NCBI GenBank assembly: GCA_963705465.1
Contig: CAVPJN010000005.1
Coordinates: forward strand, 1,691-65,690
Reading direction: 5' to 3'
Length of the DNA stretch: 64,000 nucleotides
Source of the DNA: an uncultured Chitinophagaceae bacterium
Lineage (GTDB): Bacteria; Bacteroidota; Bacteroidia; Chitinophagales; Chitinophagaceae
A program made the position numbers and the translations under genes. Shown here piece after piece: positions 9,349-21,885 of the stretch; the first letter of the stretch is position 1, and every line of letters begins with the position of its first letter. The notes under the pieces were generated by a model. It was not told the origin of the DNA and searched no databases. It saw only the letters and a list, made by a program, of their open reading frames with translations.

Positions 9349-12300
9349 TCAAAAAGTAAGATTGATCTTTGGTGCCGAGATTAAAGCTTAATGATCCTTT
9401 CATTAGCTGAATAACCCGCAGTAGCAGAAACGATAAAATTATTAAATGGAAGAAAATAAATTCCGCCGCCATAGGCACCATGCCATTTTCTGGAACTTTC
9501 CCCTCTCATCCAAACTCTTCCAATATCATAAAACGCGGTAAGACCGACAGGGCCGGGCACAATGTAAGAGTTGAGGTTAAATAATTGAAACTTCATTTCC
9601 ACACTTCCGTACAATACAGACGATCCGGAATATCTGTTTTTTCTGAAACCATGAATATTCGGATTATCAACACCTAATGAAAGTGCCTGGAAGTATTCAA
9701 AATTTTTCGATAGAATTTTTCCGCCGCCAAATCCTAATGCGATCACCATTTTTGCAGGATCTCTAAAACTTGCATAAATAGACATATCGGTCGTGTACTT
9801 TACAAAATTATTCGTATTGAATCCACTGCTTCCGGTAGCTATAAATTCATTTTTCCAGAATATGCCACGGGTAGGAAAAAGTTTATGATTTCTATTATCA
9901 AACTGCATTACAAATTTGGCACCTGTATATGACTTGGTGCTGAATACATCTGCAGAATCAAGGCCTACTTCCCTTGGATTACTCAAAACATTTTTGCTGT
10001 TGTCATCGAAACTATTCCAATAGCGATTGTAGTAGGGACCCGCCATCAGTTCAAGTCTTTCTAAAATCCGCTTACGCATTAACAACTCAACTTCAAGAGA
10101 TTTGTACCTGCTCCGGAAATAATCGAAATTTTTTCCATCGGTGAGCTTCGTTTCATTTCCAAAACCGGTAAAATTCCTTAATGCCGGAAGAAGATAGTTG
10201 ATATTAACAATAAGATCTTTATCTCTTGTTATATGATTAAATTCTCCATTATACTTTATTTGAAATGCCTTTCTGTTTAATGCATATAAAGCTGATAGTT
10301 GTTGATGGGTGGCATAAGGCAAATTGATAAACCCATAGGTGGTTTTAGAAATTCCCGCACCGAGCATATAGCCATCATCGGAGTTATAACTGAATAATAA
10401 TTGCGGGAATTTAGTTGTGTTATACTGATACCCTAAAATACTTCTGGCGGTAGAGGGCGGATCGGCAGAGAATCTGTTTTTGGTCTGACTATTATTCAGA
10501 ATAACATTAACATCAGATAGTTTGTCATAGATGATATTTTTTACGTTACCACGGATATTAAAAGTGTCATTATCTTTTCCACCGATGATCCTGATCTTAA
10601 TTCTTGATGTGGCATTTTCTTCAATATCAAATACATCTTCATCGTTTAAGCCGAATAAACGTATTTCTTTTGTTACAGAAGGATTAAAGATTCTGCTGTA
10701 CATGATAAAACTGGTATCATACCCTTTCCCTTTTTCATACACTCTGACCTGTAGTCCTTCTCCATAGTTACTTACTTTGAAATATTCTTTTTGATTGCTG
10801 CCTACTACATTTACCTGACGGGAAAGAAACTGGTAATACTTCATTACTTCCTTTTCCATCTGGTTCCTTCGGCTGATCAACTTTTTTATTATTCTTTCAC
10901 CATTTATGGCAAATATTTCCGGAGGTAGTTGTTGCACGGCATGGCGAATAACGGAATCAGTAAGTTGTTTTTGAAAATCAGTTAATGAACGACTCCAGTC
11001 ATCTTTCGTAAGTCCTGTTAGAAAAATGCGGTCGAAATCTTTTGCTGTATAACCCAGCCAGTTGATACCATGTATATTACTTCTGAAACCTTTTAAAAAT
11101 GGCAGTTCTCTACCCGTTACAGCCCTGAATATTTTTCCTTCCGAATTAAAAAAGGCCTGGTCTCTATCCCGTGGAATCGGGTAATATAATTTACCTTTTC
11201 CGGTGTCTGCAATTCCCCATCTCCACTGGTCAAAATGACGATCAAAATCACCGATAAGTATATCTAATAACCGGGCAGTTAAAACTTTTGGTTGGTCAGG
11301 ACGATGATCATTATCTTCCAGTATTTTATTAAAAATTTTAGAAGTGGAACTTGATTCGTCTTCAGCAAGTGCAAATTTCCGCTGCTCTAATAAACAAACT
11401 GTATTCGCAAACAATAGCCTGTAAATACCAAGATTTGGATCATCAGGCACAAAAAAGAGTTCCGGGTTGGCCGTTAAAATTTTTATTGGTTTTGCTAATG
11501 CTGGTACAATGAGAGCTCCATAAGGATGAGCCGCCGAATTTAATTCAGGTGCAAAATCTTCTGCAGCTGTGCCCTTAAATTCTTCCGGTAAGGCTTTGCC
11601 AATATTTTTATTTACGCCTCTCAATACCCACTCTCTGCCACTTTTATCTTTTAATTGTAACGATCTTGTTTGCTGACCACCACCGAGGCTTTCAATTTCT
11701 AATCCCCCTTTTTCTGTTCGTAGGTCCAGCACCTTCATGTTAACCGGAGCAGACCATTCTCCCCTGTAGTTTTGACCCATGAAATATTTCTTTAGACCGC
11801 TTAAAACCGGAAGAGTGGTACTTGCAGGTTTGCTAACAGTATCTTCAAATTTCAATTCCTGATTTCCTAATACTACAGGTGTTTGTGTAGAATCAATTGG
11901 CTTTACGATGGGTTTTTTATAATTTAATAGATAGGAACTATATGCTTTTCGAACAGAATCGGTAACAGTGTAAAAGGAAAGGTTTACATTTTTGTTTGTT
12001 GAAATTTCTAACACGGCAAAACCAAATTCAGTAGAGTTGAAGAGGCCATTATTCTTTTTGGATATTCTGCTTTGTTTACAACCGCCACCGCTTACGATAT
12101 AATTATAATTTCCATCTTTTATATGCTGCAAGTTGTGTTCATGGCCAGAAACAAAAACCACATTCGGTGCCAGCGAAGTTTCAATGGCGCCGGTTACCTG
12201 TTTGATCATATTCACATAAGTAGGGTGTTGCAGATCTTGTGAAGCACCAAATACACTACGGGCAATTACATAAATTGAGCCTAAGACTGGTAAAGGCAGA

Positions 12301-13022
12301 TAAAAACTTTTGCGGATATCAGTAAAAGGAAACAGATGCTGATTGAATGTGAAAAAACCTCCATGTACACCGTTGCTTTTAAAGGGATGGTGATTGGCAA
12401 TGATTATCAGTTTATCTGTGTTTTTTGTTGCAATCTCTCTGATTTTTGAAACCAATTCAATTTCTGTTTTGCAATCACAGTCTGACTCTATGCCTGGTTT
12501 ATCATAAGGATGAAGCCACCATTGACTGTCAAAAATTACCAATAAAACATTATTCCCCAGATCAATTTCTTTTGGCCCGGGACATCCTCCTTCGGGGAAA
12601 AATTCAGCATCGACACTATCTATTTTTGGAAAAGTAACATATAATTGTTGCCGTACTATTGCATCAAATCCGTCACGATTACCATTATGCCAATCATGAT
12701 TTCCGGGGATCATATAAACTTTAGCCTTTGTGTTTCTGGCAATGGCTAACTGAGAATCAAGTATAGCCCTATAATCTTCATAACCAGCAGTTTCTACATC
12801 GGGTAATCCATGTTTATAAAGATTGTCCCCAAGAAATAAGACGGTGGTTTTTTTATCAAGGGGGATATTGTTTCTAACGGCATCTACTACCGGATGGCGA
12901 CCATCAGTAAGCTGGCCTGCATCTCCAATAAGGACTATTCGTCTTGCAATTGTATCCGTTTGAGCTTTCAGGGTTAGACTTAACATCAACCAACTACCCA
13001 AAAGAACTATATACTTTTTCAT
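9349..13022 (-). CDS. Metallophosphoesterase + atypical-kinase-like domain + Omp85 (BamA/TamA-type) barrel protein
   Basis: Signal peptide; calcineurin-like motifs GDAG, GDNLY, GNHDW, HHP, GHEH; middle GGGQQT...IGDFDRHFDQW...PIPRDRDQAF; barrel motifs FPTRG, HGFRKNRYSG, FYDIGRVW. The true end is probably ...INLTF* (stop 9349) after terminal indels. Confidence 0.88.
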
Positions 13023-13517
13023 CAATTCAGCTAATAAATTATAGGCGGTTGATTAATTTCTGAAAGTTAATGAAAGGAGAATGAAAACCGATTATTTAAA
13101 ACTGAAGTTTTCTGTCTTCTTCTTTTATCGTCAACACCTGTAAAACACACAATTTACTAAAAAGTTTTTGCCCAAACAGCAACCTATTCGAATAAATAAA
13201 AATTCAGCAAAATGCTGTAATTGCTAAAATTTAAAGTGTAAAGTAATTCCAATGTTTTTCATCAATCCCCATCAAAAAACCGATCATTAAATTAATTCGG
13301 TACATATTAAGAAAAATGAAATTATGAGGTAGTCTTAATTTTAAAAAGAGAACTTAGAAATATTTTGTAAGTAGTTTTCAGTCTGAAAGAGATAGCTTGG
13401 AATCCGAAGCCCATTTTAGTATAATTATTTAATACTAATTGTGCTTTTTGTTTAAAAATCGTATCTTTTCGAACCAGTAAACCAAACTGGAATCTTTATC
13501 AACCAAAACCTGCAACA

Positions 13518-16091
13518 ATGAGACTGCTAACTATTGTTATTTTATGCTTTATTATTTCTTGTTTACCTGCTAATGCTCAACCGGGGAAAGATTCAGCCAC
13601 GGCACCAGGATCGCATTTTAGTACCAGTGGGGGACGAAAATTCTGGATGGGAGCCAATTACCGGACAGAGTGGAATACACCAGTAACTGTACCTGTTTTA
13701 AAATTAACAGGTCTTACACCTATCAAAAAAGGTGGTGGAAAACAAACCAAGTCATTAAGAATGGAAGATGCCAACGGAAGGCAATATGTTATCCGTTCCA
13801 TTCAAAAATTTATTACAGATAAAACACTGCCGGGTGATTTACAGAGTGAAGCTGCTGCAGACCTTGTATCTGATGGAGTATCAGCATCATATCCTTATGC
13901 CTCTTTATCCATGCAGCCATTGGCAGATGCAGTTGGGGTACCTTATGGAAAAGTAAGGCTTGTTTATGTGCCCGATGATCCGGCTTTAGGTGAGTTTCGC
14001 CAGGAATTTGGCAATATGATGGCCACTTTTGAAGAGCGATTACCCGATAATGTTAAAAAAGGATATGATACTGAAGAAGCTGCCGATAAATTAGAAAAGG
14101 ATAATGATAACCAGGTCGATCAAAAAGCACTTCTTACAGCCCGGATATTGGATATGTTTGTGATGGATCTTGACCGTCATGAAGGTCAATGGAATTGGGG
14201 AGCTGTGGACAATGCCAGTGGTGGTAAAACTTATTTCCCTATACCAAAAGACAGGGATCAGGCATTTTATATTAATCAGGGATCTAATACCCGGAATTGC
14301 CAGAAGAAAAGCATTTGTTCCTCAGTTGGAAGGATTTAAAGCAAAAGCTCATGATATAAAGCGTTTCAATTTTGCTGCCCGTAACCTGGATCGTTTCTTT
14401 TTGAATGCATTAACTGAAGCTGATTGGAAACAAGCAGTTGATGAATTTATTCCTAAAATGACGGATCAGGTAATTGAAAATGCGTTGGCGCTGCAGCCTA
14501 AAGAAATCCGGGTTATTGCCACATAACCAGAATATTATAAATATATTAAAGGAACGTAGAAATTATCTGGCAGAAGAAGTAATGAAGTATTATGCTTTCA
14601 TTGCCGAAACGGTAACCATAACGGCAAGTGACAAAAAAGATTTATTTGAAGTAACCCGTAATGATGATGGTTCAATGCTGGTCCAGGTTTATAAAATTGA
14701 TAAGGACGGCAATAAAGCAGATAAAAAATATGAACGACTATTTATTGGAGGTGTAACAAAAGAAGTACAGTTTATTTGGATTTGATGGCGATGATAAATT
14801 TGTAATTAATGGCAATAATGACAAAGTAAAATTAAGAATGATTGGTGGTGGTGGTGCCGATGTTTTTGAAAAAACATCAAGTGGACGGGGAAGTACATTT
14901 GTTTATGATAAGGATAATGGAGAGAATAAGTTGATCGGAAAATTTAAAAACCGGATGTCTAATGATAGTGATGTAAATAAATTCGAAAGAATTTATTTTG
15001 ATTATGCTAAAAGAGCTCCCGGTTTAGCCGTTGGCTTTAATCCTGATGATGGTGTTTTTCTGGGACTGACTTATAAAATAATTACACATGGTTTTCGTAA
15101 AGTGCCTTATAAAGTCCTCACATACATTCTATGCCAGCCATGCATTGTCTACCAGTGCCTGGAATTTCAGGTATGCAAATGAATTTATCAGTGTGATTGG
15201 TAAGAATGGGGATATTGTTACCGATATTAGATATTAAAGCACCCAATAATACCACAAACTTTTTTGGTTATGGAATCACATCGGTTTATGATAAAACAAA
15301 ACCCGGAAAGTTCAGGTATTATCGTGCCAGGTATAATCTTGCAGATATTTCTGTAATGATAAGACAAAGGTTTTCTCCGAAATTCTCTGTTTCATTCGGA
15401 CCTACTGCTCAACGTTTTGAATTAGACTCAACTGATAAATTAAATAGCCAACGATTTATTACACAAACTGGTAGGCCGGACTAAATGGATTAGATCGCAG
15501 CTACACTTTACAATGACGCAGATCTATTTCGGAGCGAAATTCGTAATGGAGTTGGATACAAGAGATCATAAAGTAATGCCATCTAAAGGGTGTTAGCTGG
15601 ATCACTACACTTCGTCATTTATCCGGCAATAAGAATACGCCCTATAAAGTAACACAGTTAAATTCTGATTTTGCATTCTATCTTAAACCTGGTTGATGAT
15701 AAATTAGTATTGGCAAACAGAGTTGGGGGTGGTATAAATCTGGGTGATAAGGGGTATGAGTTTTATCAGGCACAATATCTTGGAAATGAAGAAAATCTTC
15801 GTGGATATCGTAGAAACAGGTTTGCCGGTAAGAGCAAATTTTATCAATCAGACTGAACTTCGGTTAAAGTTGGCCAATTTCAGAACCTATCTGTTCCCCG
15901 GATCTTTTGGAATTTATGCCTTTCATGATTTTGGAAGAGTATGGGTAGAAAATGATAACGATAATAAAATGCTTAGCGGGTATGGTGGCGGATTATGGTT
16001 CTCTCCATTAAAAAGGATCTTAATTAGTCTTGGTTATGGTACTTCGAAAGAAGATCGTTTAATAACCTTTGGATTGGGTTGGAAATTCTAA
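13518..16091 (+). CDS. Paralogous kinase-like domain + Omp85 barrel protein without the phosphoesterase domain (multiple frameshifts)
   Basis: Signal peptide; MGANYRTEW, GGGKQTKSL, MDLDRHEGQW, PIPKDRDQAF, LRGYRRNRFAG, FHDFGRVW and terminal LGWKF, collinear with the C-terminal two thirds of the 9349-13022 protein. Confidence 0.85.
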
Positions 16092-16115
16092 TGAAGATAT
16101 TCAATATAAATAGTT

Positions 16116-16149
16116 AAACCGGTTTGTCTTTAAAGCAAACCGGTTTTTT
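16116..16149 (+). terminator. Intrinsic terminator
   Basis: aaaccggtttg...caaaccggttttttg inverted repeat with T run. Confidence 0.75.
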
Positions 16150-16229
16150 GTTAGTAATCCAATTACTATCGACTATTCATTACAATAGAATCTTTCCTGT
16201 TGGCGGAGTTGAAGCACCTGTAGCACATC

Positions 16230-16470
16230 GAGTTGCGAAATATTTTATATACAATCCTGATGGGTACTGTCATTAAGATAAGAGATTTGTTTCAATTGCA
16301 ACACCCTTCAGATCAGTGACTAAAAGCAATTCTATTTCAGGCTTTAGCCATAATTATTTTATTGGGCTAAAGCCCTACTCCCAACACCAATTTCATGCGT
16401 GGTGCAATTGAATACGAAATCCCTAACTAATGACATTGTCCGATGGAACGATAACACATCTCGCAAATAT
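16230..16470. repeat. Nested imperfect palindromes (REP/BIME-like element)
   Basis: Concentric arm pairs ttgcga/tcgcaa, tgtcatta/taatgaca, ttcaattgca/tgcaattgaa and ggctttagcc/ggctaaagcc. Confidence 0.55.
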
Positions 16471-16829
16471 TTTTCTACTAACATTTTGCTTCCGCCCGGA
16501 CGAGACGCTTCTGTGGCGAAAAAAATTCGCCTATAAAAAATAACGCTACCGACGGGTTGATCTTGTTAAAACAGAGTGCCTTTTTCTCTTAACGTTAAGT
16601 GTAAAAAAATATGTTTAATGAGTTGAAAAGTGCATTGCAAATGATCAAAATGTTATCGTTGAACTAATAGTAAAATACTTTGCAGATCAAAAACTTATAA
16701 GTTTACTGAATAGCTTTGTTTAGGGTAGATTACTTGTAACAGCTTTATTTTATCAGCGTTAAGTGATAAGTTTTAAAGCAAATCTTTTAAACACTATTTA
16801 AAGACCCAACTTATTGACTTACCACCAAT

Positions 16830-16862
16830 AAAAAATCCCCAACAATTTGTTGGGGATTTTTT
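16830..16862 (-). terminator. Bidirectional intrinsic terminator after the SusD gene at 16884
   Basis: aaaaatccccaaca-att-tgttggggatttttt. Confidence 0.8.
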
Positions 16863-16883
16863 ATTAATACTTTTAAAAATTTA

Positions 16884-18382
16884 TTATGGATTCTGTACAG
16901 AATTAGGATTAGCTTGAAGTTCAGCAATTGGAATGGCAAACTGCCATAAATGTATCTCCGGCAGGAACCAGTAATGTACCACCACCAGAAGCAGAAACAT
17001 AATTTGGAACTACTGATCTGTCCAGTGGTAGGTTCAAACGCTTTAAGTCAAAGAATCTGAATCCTTCAGCCCAAAAATCTACACGGCGATGCATCATTAT
17101 TTCATCAATTAATGCCTGACCACTATTCGTACTCAGCACATAATTTGGATCCCTGTTTTTTGCTAATGTAAATAAAGCTGCTCTTGCAGCCACTTCATTA
17201 CCTGGAATTCTTGCATTCGCCTCAGCAATGATAAGATACATTTCAGCCAAACGGATATAAGCAACGTCACCAATTGTAGGCAGGTTTCTGATTTTAAACT
17301 TTCTGCTCATATAAGGTGAACGGGAATAACTGGTAAGCGGTAAAGGAAAGTTTGTAGTAGTTGGGTTAGGTTCCCACATAGTTTTTCTTACATCAGTAGC
17401 AGAAATCATGTCATACAATGCAGAATTGATACGCTTTGGTACACCACGGATATAAGAGGTATTTCCGTCATAAGAAATCTGACCCATATACGATCCAAAA
17501 GTATCACCCTGATCATCCTGCACAAAAGCACCCCAGATCCACTCGGGATTTGACAGATCATTAAAACCAGCCTGATACTGTGCATTGGTCATCAACGAAT
17601 GACCACCCAATGTAATTACCTGTTGAGCATACGCTGCTGCATTTACATAGTTCTGCATGGTTAAAGCCACTCTGGCACGGATAGCCCAGGCTGAACGAAT
17701 ATTTAAATGAGATTTAGTTTGTGGACCAGATGGAGGTGCAGAAGCTGTTGCAAAATTTGAAATCGCATCTGCCAGGTCTTTATTGATTTGCGTATAAACT
17801 TCTTCAACCGTTGAACGGGGTAATTGTTGATCCAGAGCACTTAATGGCATAGATACACCTAATTGATTATTAGGAACTGTTGTTGCATCATAACGTTGTG
17901 CATATATCTGAACCAGGTTAAAATAAGCCCATGCCCGCATTGTCTGAGCTTCTGCTTTCAATCGTTTTTTATCAGCATCAGGACCTATTGCAGCATCTAT
18001 ATTTTCAATTAATGCATTGGCATTACCGATACAACGATAGTATAACCGGAACGGGTATGCAACATATAAATAACTATCATTTTTTTGGTTGATCCATCCA
18101 CCGCAACCATTGCCGGGAGTGTACCAACTGGCTACTGCCTGGTGTACATCTTCACCCATAAAATCCAGCATCAGCATAACGCCGCCCTGACCAGGTTGGT
18201 TTTGTGCACTGTATCTGGAATACAAATAGCGGTAAATACCATTGATTACATTGGAAGCATTGCCGGTCGTGGTGAAGATTGAAGCTTCAGCCACATCACC
18301 GGTTGGTCGCAACATTTAAGTAATCTTTTTTACAACCTGTAAGAAGGCTTAAAAAAGTAATTGCTATTAATATTTTTTTCAT
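16884..18382 (-). CDS. SusD/RagB-family lipoprotein (frameshifts near both ends)
   Basis: MKKILIAITFLSLLTG-C lipobox at 18382; RAWAYFNLV, IRLAEMYLIIAEA, RRVDFWAEGFRFFDLKR; true end WQFAIPIAELQANPNSVQNP*. Confidence 0.92.
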
Positions 18383-18415
18383 GATCTTATTATTTAAAAT
18401 TTAATTTCTGATTTA

Positions 18416-21400
18416 TTAAAACGTAAAGTTTATTCCCATGTTCAGCAAACGGTTAGGCACATAAACCGGACTGTTCGTTCCGTTGAAACTTTCAGCAGGG
18501 TTCATACCTACTCTTTTTGAGAAAATATAAAGATTTTCTGCTCCAACATAAAATCTGGCCTGATCTAAACCAAGCTTTCTTACGATTGTTTTTGGCAAGC
18601 ATAACTTAAAGTAACATTACGAATATTTAAATAAGAAGCATCTATCAGCCATCTGTCGGAATGCTGCGTTGAACTGTGCGGTCTGACTAATATCTAATCT
18701 TGGTATATCAGTTATATCGCCTGGTTTTTTCCATGCTCTTAAATTATCAGCATGCAAAGCTCTTCCATAACTAACTCCCATTAAACCTGCATAGTTGCCA
18801 TCATAAAACTTACCACCTACCTGATAGTTAAATAAGAAGGAAAGGGTGATAAATCTTTTACAGAAATGGTATTAGTAAAAGATCCGAAATAATCAGGAAT
18901 AGCACTTCCTGCATAGCCGAATTCTGCATTGGTGGTATTCGTAACCAGAATTTCACCTTTAGGACCGGTACGGGTTCCGGTAACTGTACCCGGCGTTGCA
19001 TAATATAGACCAGCACCATCAACAGGATCTACCCCATACCATCTTCTCAAATAAAATGCATAACGGTCGCGACCTTCTGTCAAGTTTTTAGTTCCACTTC
19101 AGGTATGTCGTTTCCGTCAGGCAATTTGGTGATCTTGTTTTTGTAGGTGGTGAAATTAAATTGCATATCCCAGTTAAAATTTTTTGCTTTGATGATATCT
19201 AAATTTAACTGTATCTCTACACCTTTGTTGTACATCGCACCGATATTCTGGGTGATAGTTGGATTAATAGCCGATAGACCAAGTGGTACATCAAATAATA
19301 ATTCTGAAGACCCTCTGTCAAAATATTCAATTGTACCTGAAATACGGTTTTTTAATATTCCAAACTCAATACCAATGTTGAAAGTTTTGTTTACTTCCCA
19401 GGTTAATAACGGTGTTGCAAGTTTGCAGAAGATAATGCACCCGGTTCACCGAAGCATTATTCCAGCCCAAACCATACAGCGCCTGATAATCGATAATAAG
19501 AGTCTAATTCATCATTTCCAACTGCACCATATGATACTCTGAATTTTAAATCATCTAACCAGTTAACACTTGAAAATAATTTTTCTCTCATGGCTGACCA
19601 TGAAAATCCAAAAGAATAAAAGTCACCCCATCTTGAATCCGGAGAAAATCTTGAAGAAGCATCTTTCCTGTAAGAAAAGTCAAAATAGTATTTATTGTCA
19701 TATGCATAATTTAATCTTGACAAATATCCCTCTCTTCTAAGGCGATCAAGTTGTCCATTAGCCGTTGCCAATGTTACAAAATTGGCCAATTCAATATTGC
19801 CATCAAGATTCTGCAACGTTCTGGATGCGCTAAACGTTTCATCAATATTTTTTTGCGATTCATGTCCCACTAATACAGCAACTTCATGTGCCCCGAATTT
19901 TTGCTTGTAGTTTACTAACTGGTTCATTGTAATGGTCCTGAACTCATTGGAATTGGTGGTAGATCTTCCAGCTGGTGTTACACCATCTCCTACAATTCTG
20001 TTTTGATAGTACTGGCTTCTGAAATTGTTTAAGTCAATACCTGCGTTTGTAGTAAATGTTAAATGACGTGAAATTTTAGCTTCCATAAAAGTTCTGCCGA
20101 TGATGCTGTTACGTTTTTCCATCCTTTCATTCAACAGTGTTTCATATATAATATGACGACCGGGAGATGCTCCTGAAGGTCTGTTTAGTTGAACCCGGGT
20201 GAATACCATAATCATAATATTGAACACCCAGAGGATCTAATATAGGAACGCCAGTAGTAGTATAAGCCTTTACAGGGTATATTGGCCCCATTCCTCTTGC
20301 AAAAACAAATGGGTTTACAAAAGTATTGGAACCATCGCCTGCAGCCTGATTGGTACTTACAAAAGCAGTAGTTAAGTTCACGCCTGTTTTCAACCAATCT
20401 TTTATCTGTGTATTTATTGCCATCCTTGCATTAATACGCTGAAAATCTGACCTGATTACAAAACCTTCGTCCTTCAAATAATTCATAGAAAAATAATAAT
20501 CTGACTTATTAGTTCTTGTAGAAACATTCACACCAATATCAGTACGGTTTCCATTTATTTCTAAAGGGCTGTACCAGTCAAAATCATTATAAAGTAAACT
20601 GGCATTGGGATTCATTCTTCCATCTGTGCCTACAACCTGATTATTGGGCACCCCAAAAGGATTGTAAATTAACTGTGTAGCAACGGTATTCGATGCATTT
20701 TGTGAAGCAACAGCTTCTGATTGACCAGTACCAGAAACAGGAAACATCAAACTATTCTTAATTGCCTGCCACATTAAAGGATAATAATCATAAGTCCCTA
20801 CTCTTTCATATTCCTCAATTCCTCTGCTGGAGAAACCAGTATTAATGAACATATTTACTTTTGGTGTTGCTGATTTTCCTTTTTTGGTAGTGATCATGAC
20901 AACTCCATTTGCAGCTCTTGCACCATACAATGCAGTAGAAGATGCATCCTTTAAGAGGGTAATACTTTCAATATCATTCGTATTGATATCACCAATATAA
21001 CCACCATAAGGAAATCCATCCACCACAAATAAAGGGCTTGCACTTGCATTGATAGAACCAATACCCCTGATCCGCAAGCCAGCAGAACTTCCAGGTTGTC
21101 CATTTCCAGAAGTGGCAGAAATACCAGGAGCTGCACCGGCTAGTGCCTGTGTAATATTTGTTGTCAATCTTTTATCTAATTGGTCAGTACCAATTTTAGC
21201 AACAGATCCTGTAATAGATTCTCTCTTTTGAGTACCATAGGCTGTAACAACTATTTCGCTCATAGTATTGTCAGCAGAGGCCATCAATACTGGCAGATTG
21301 GTTTCTGTACCAATTTTAATCTCTTTGGAAACCTTATCAACTGATGAAAATATCAATGTACCACCATTAGGTACAGCAATTGAATAGGTACCATCGTCTT

Positions 21401-21557
21401 TGGTAGTGGTGCCAACCGTCGTTCCTTTTACAAGTACCGATACGTTAGCAATGGGATTACCATTTTCATCTGTTACTTTTCCGGTTATTGTTCGCTGCGC
21501 CATAGCCTGGCTTGCGAAAAACACGACTCCAACCAGAAGTAGATACAATTTTCTCAT
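18416..21557 (-). CDS. SusC/RagA TonB-dependent receptor (several frameshifts)
   Basis: VVTAYGTQKR, LRIRGIGS, LKDASSTALYGARAANGVVMITTKKG, RKDASSRF; terminal NFTF. Confidence 0.93.
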
Positions 21558-21827
21558 TTGCGTTTTGTTTTAGTATTTATTAGAATTCTTACCCTTTATT
21601 CGGGGGCATGAAATTAGTTAACCTTCTATGAAAAACTCAAAAAAATGTTAAGTTTTTGACTATTATTTGTCATTGTGAGTGAACTGCCTTAACGCTTTAT
21701 AGAATGCTTGCTTATAAAGACAGTAGGTAATTGTGTTTTGCTGCATTAAAAGCTCCTTGTTTAATACCGGATCAAAACCAAAAATAAGGGAAAAATAACG
21801 CTTTTGCCCTCTGGAAATCCAAAATAT

Positions 21828-21878
21828 GCGCTAAACAAAAAACCCTTCGGTTAGGAAGGGTTTTTTGTTTAGCGCTTT
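21828..21878 (-). terminator. Long intrinsic terminator hairpin between the two SusCD units
   Basis: gcgctaaacaaaaaacccttc-ggttag-gaagggttttttgtttagcgc. Confidence 0.8.
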
Positions 21879-21885
21879 TAATTCA

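Noticed and set aside
9349-16091. Housekeeping bamA/tamA genes
   Set aside because: No recognisable multi-POTRA N-terminus and no skp, lpx or tamB context; the N-terminal regions are enzyme-like.
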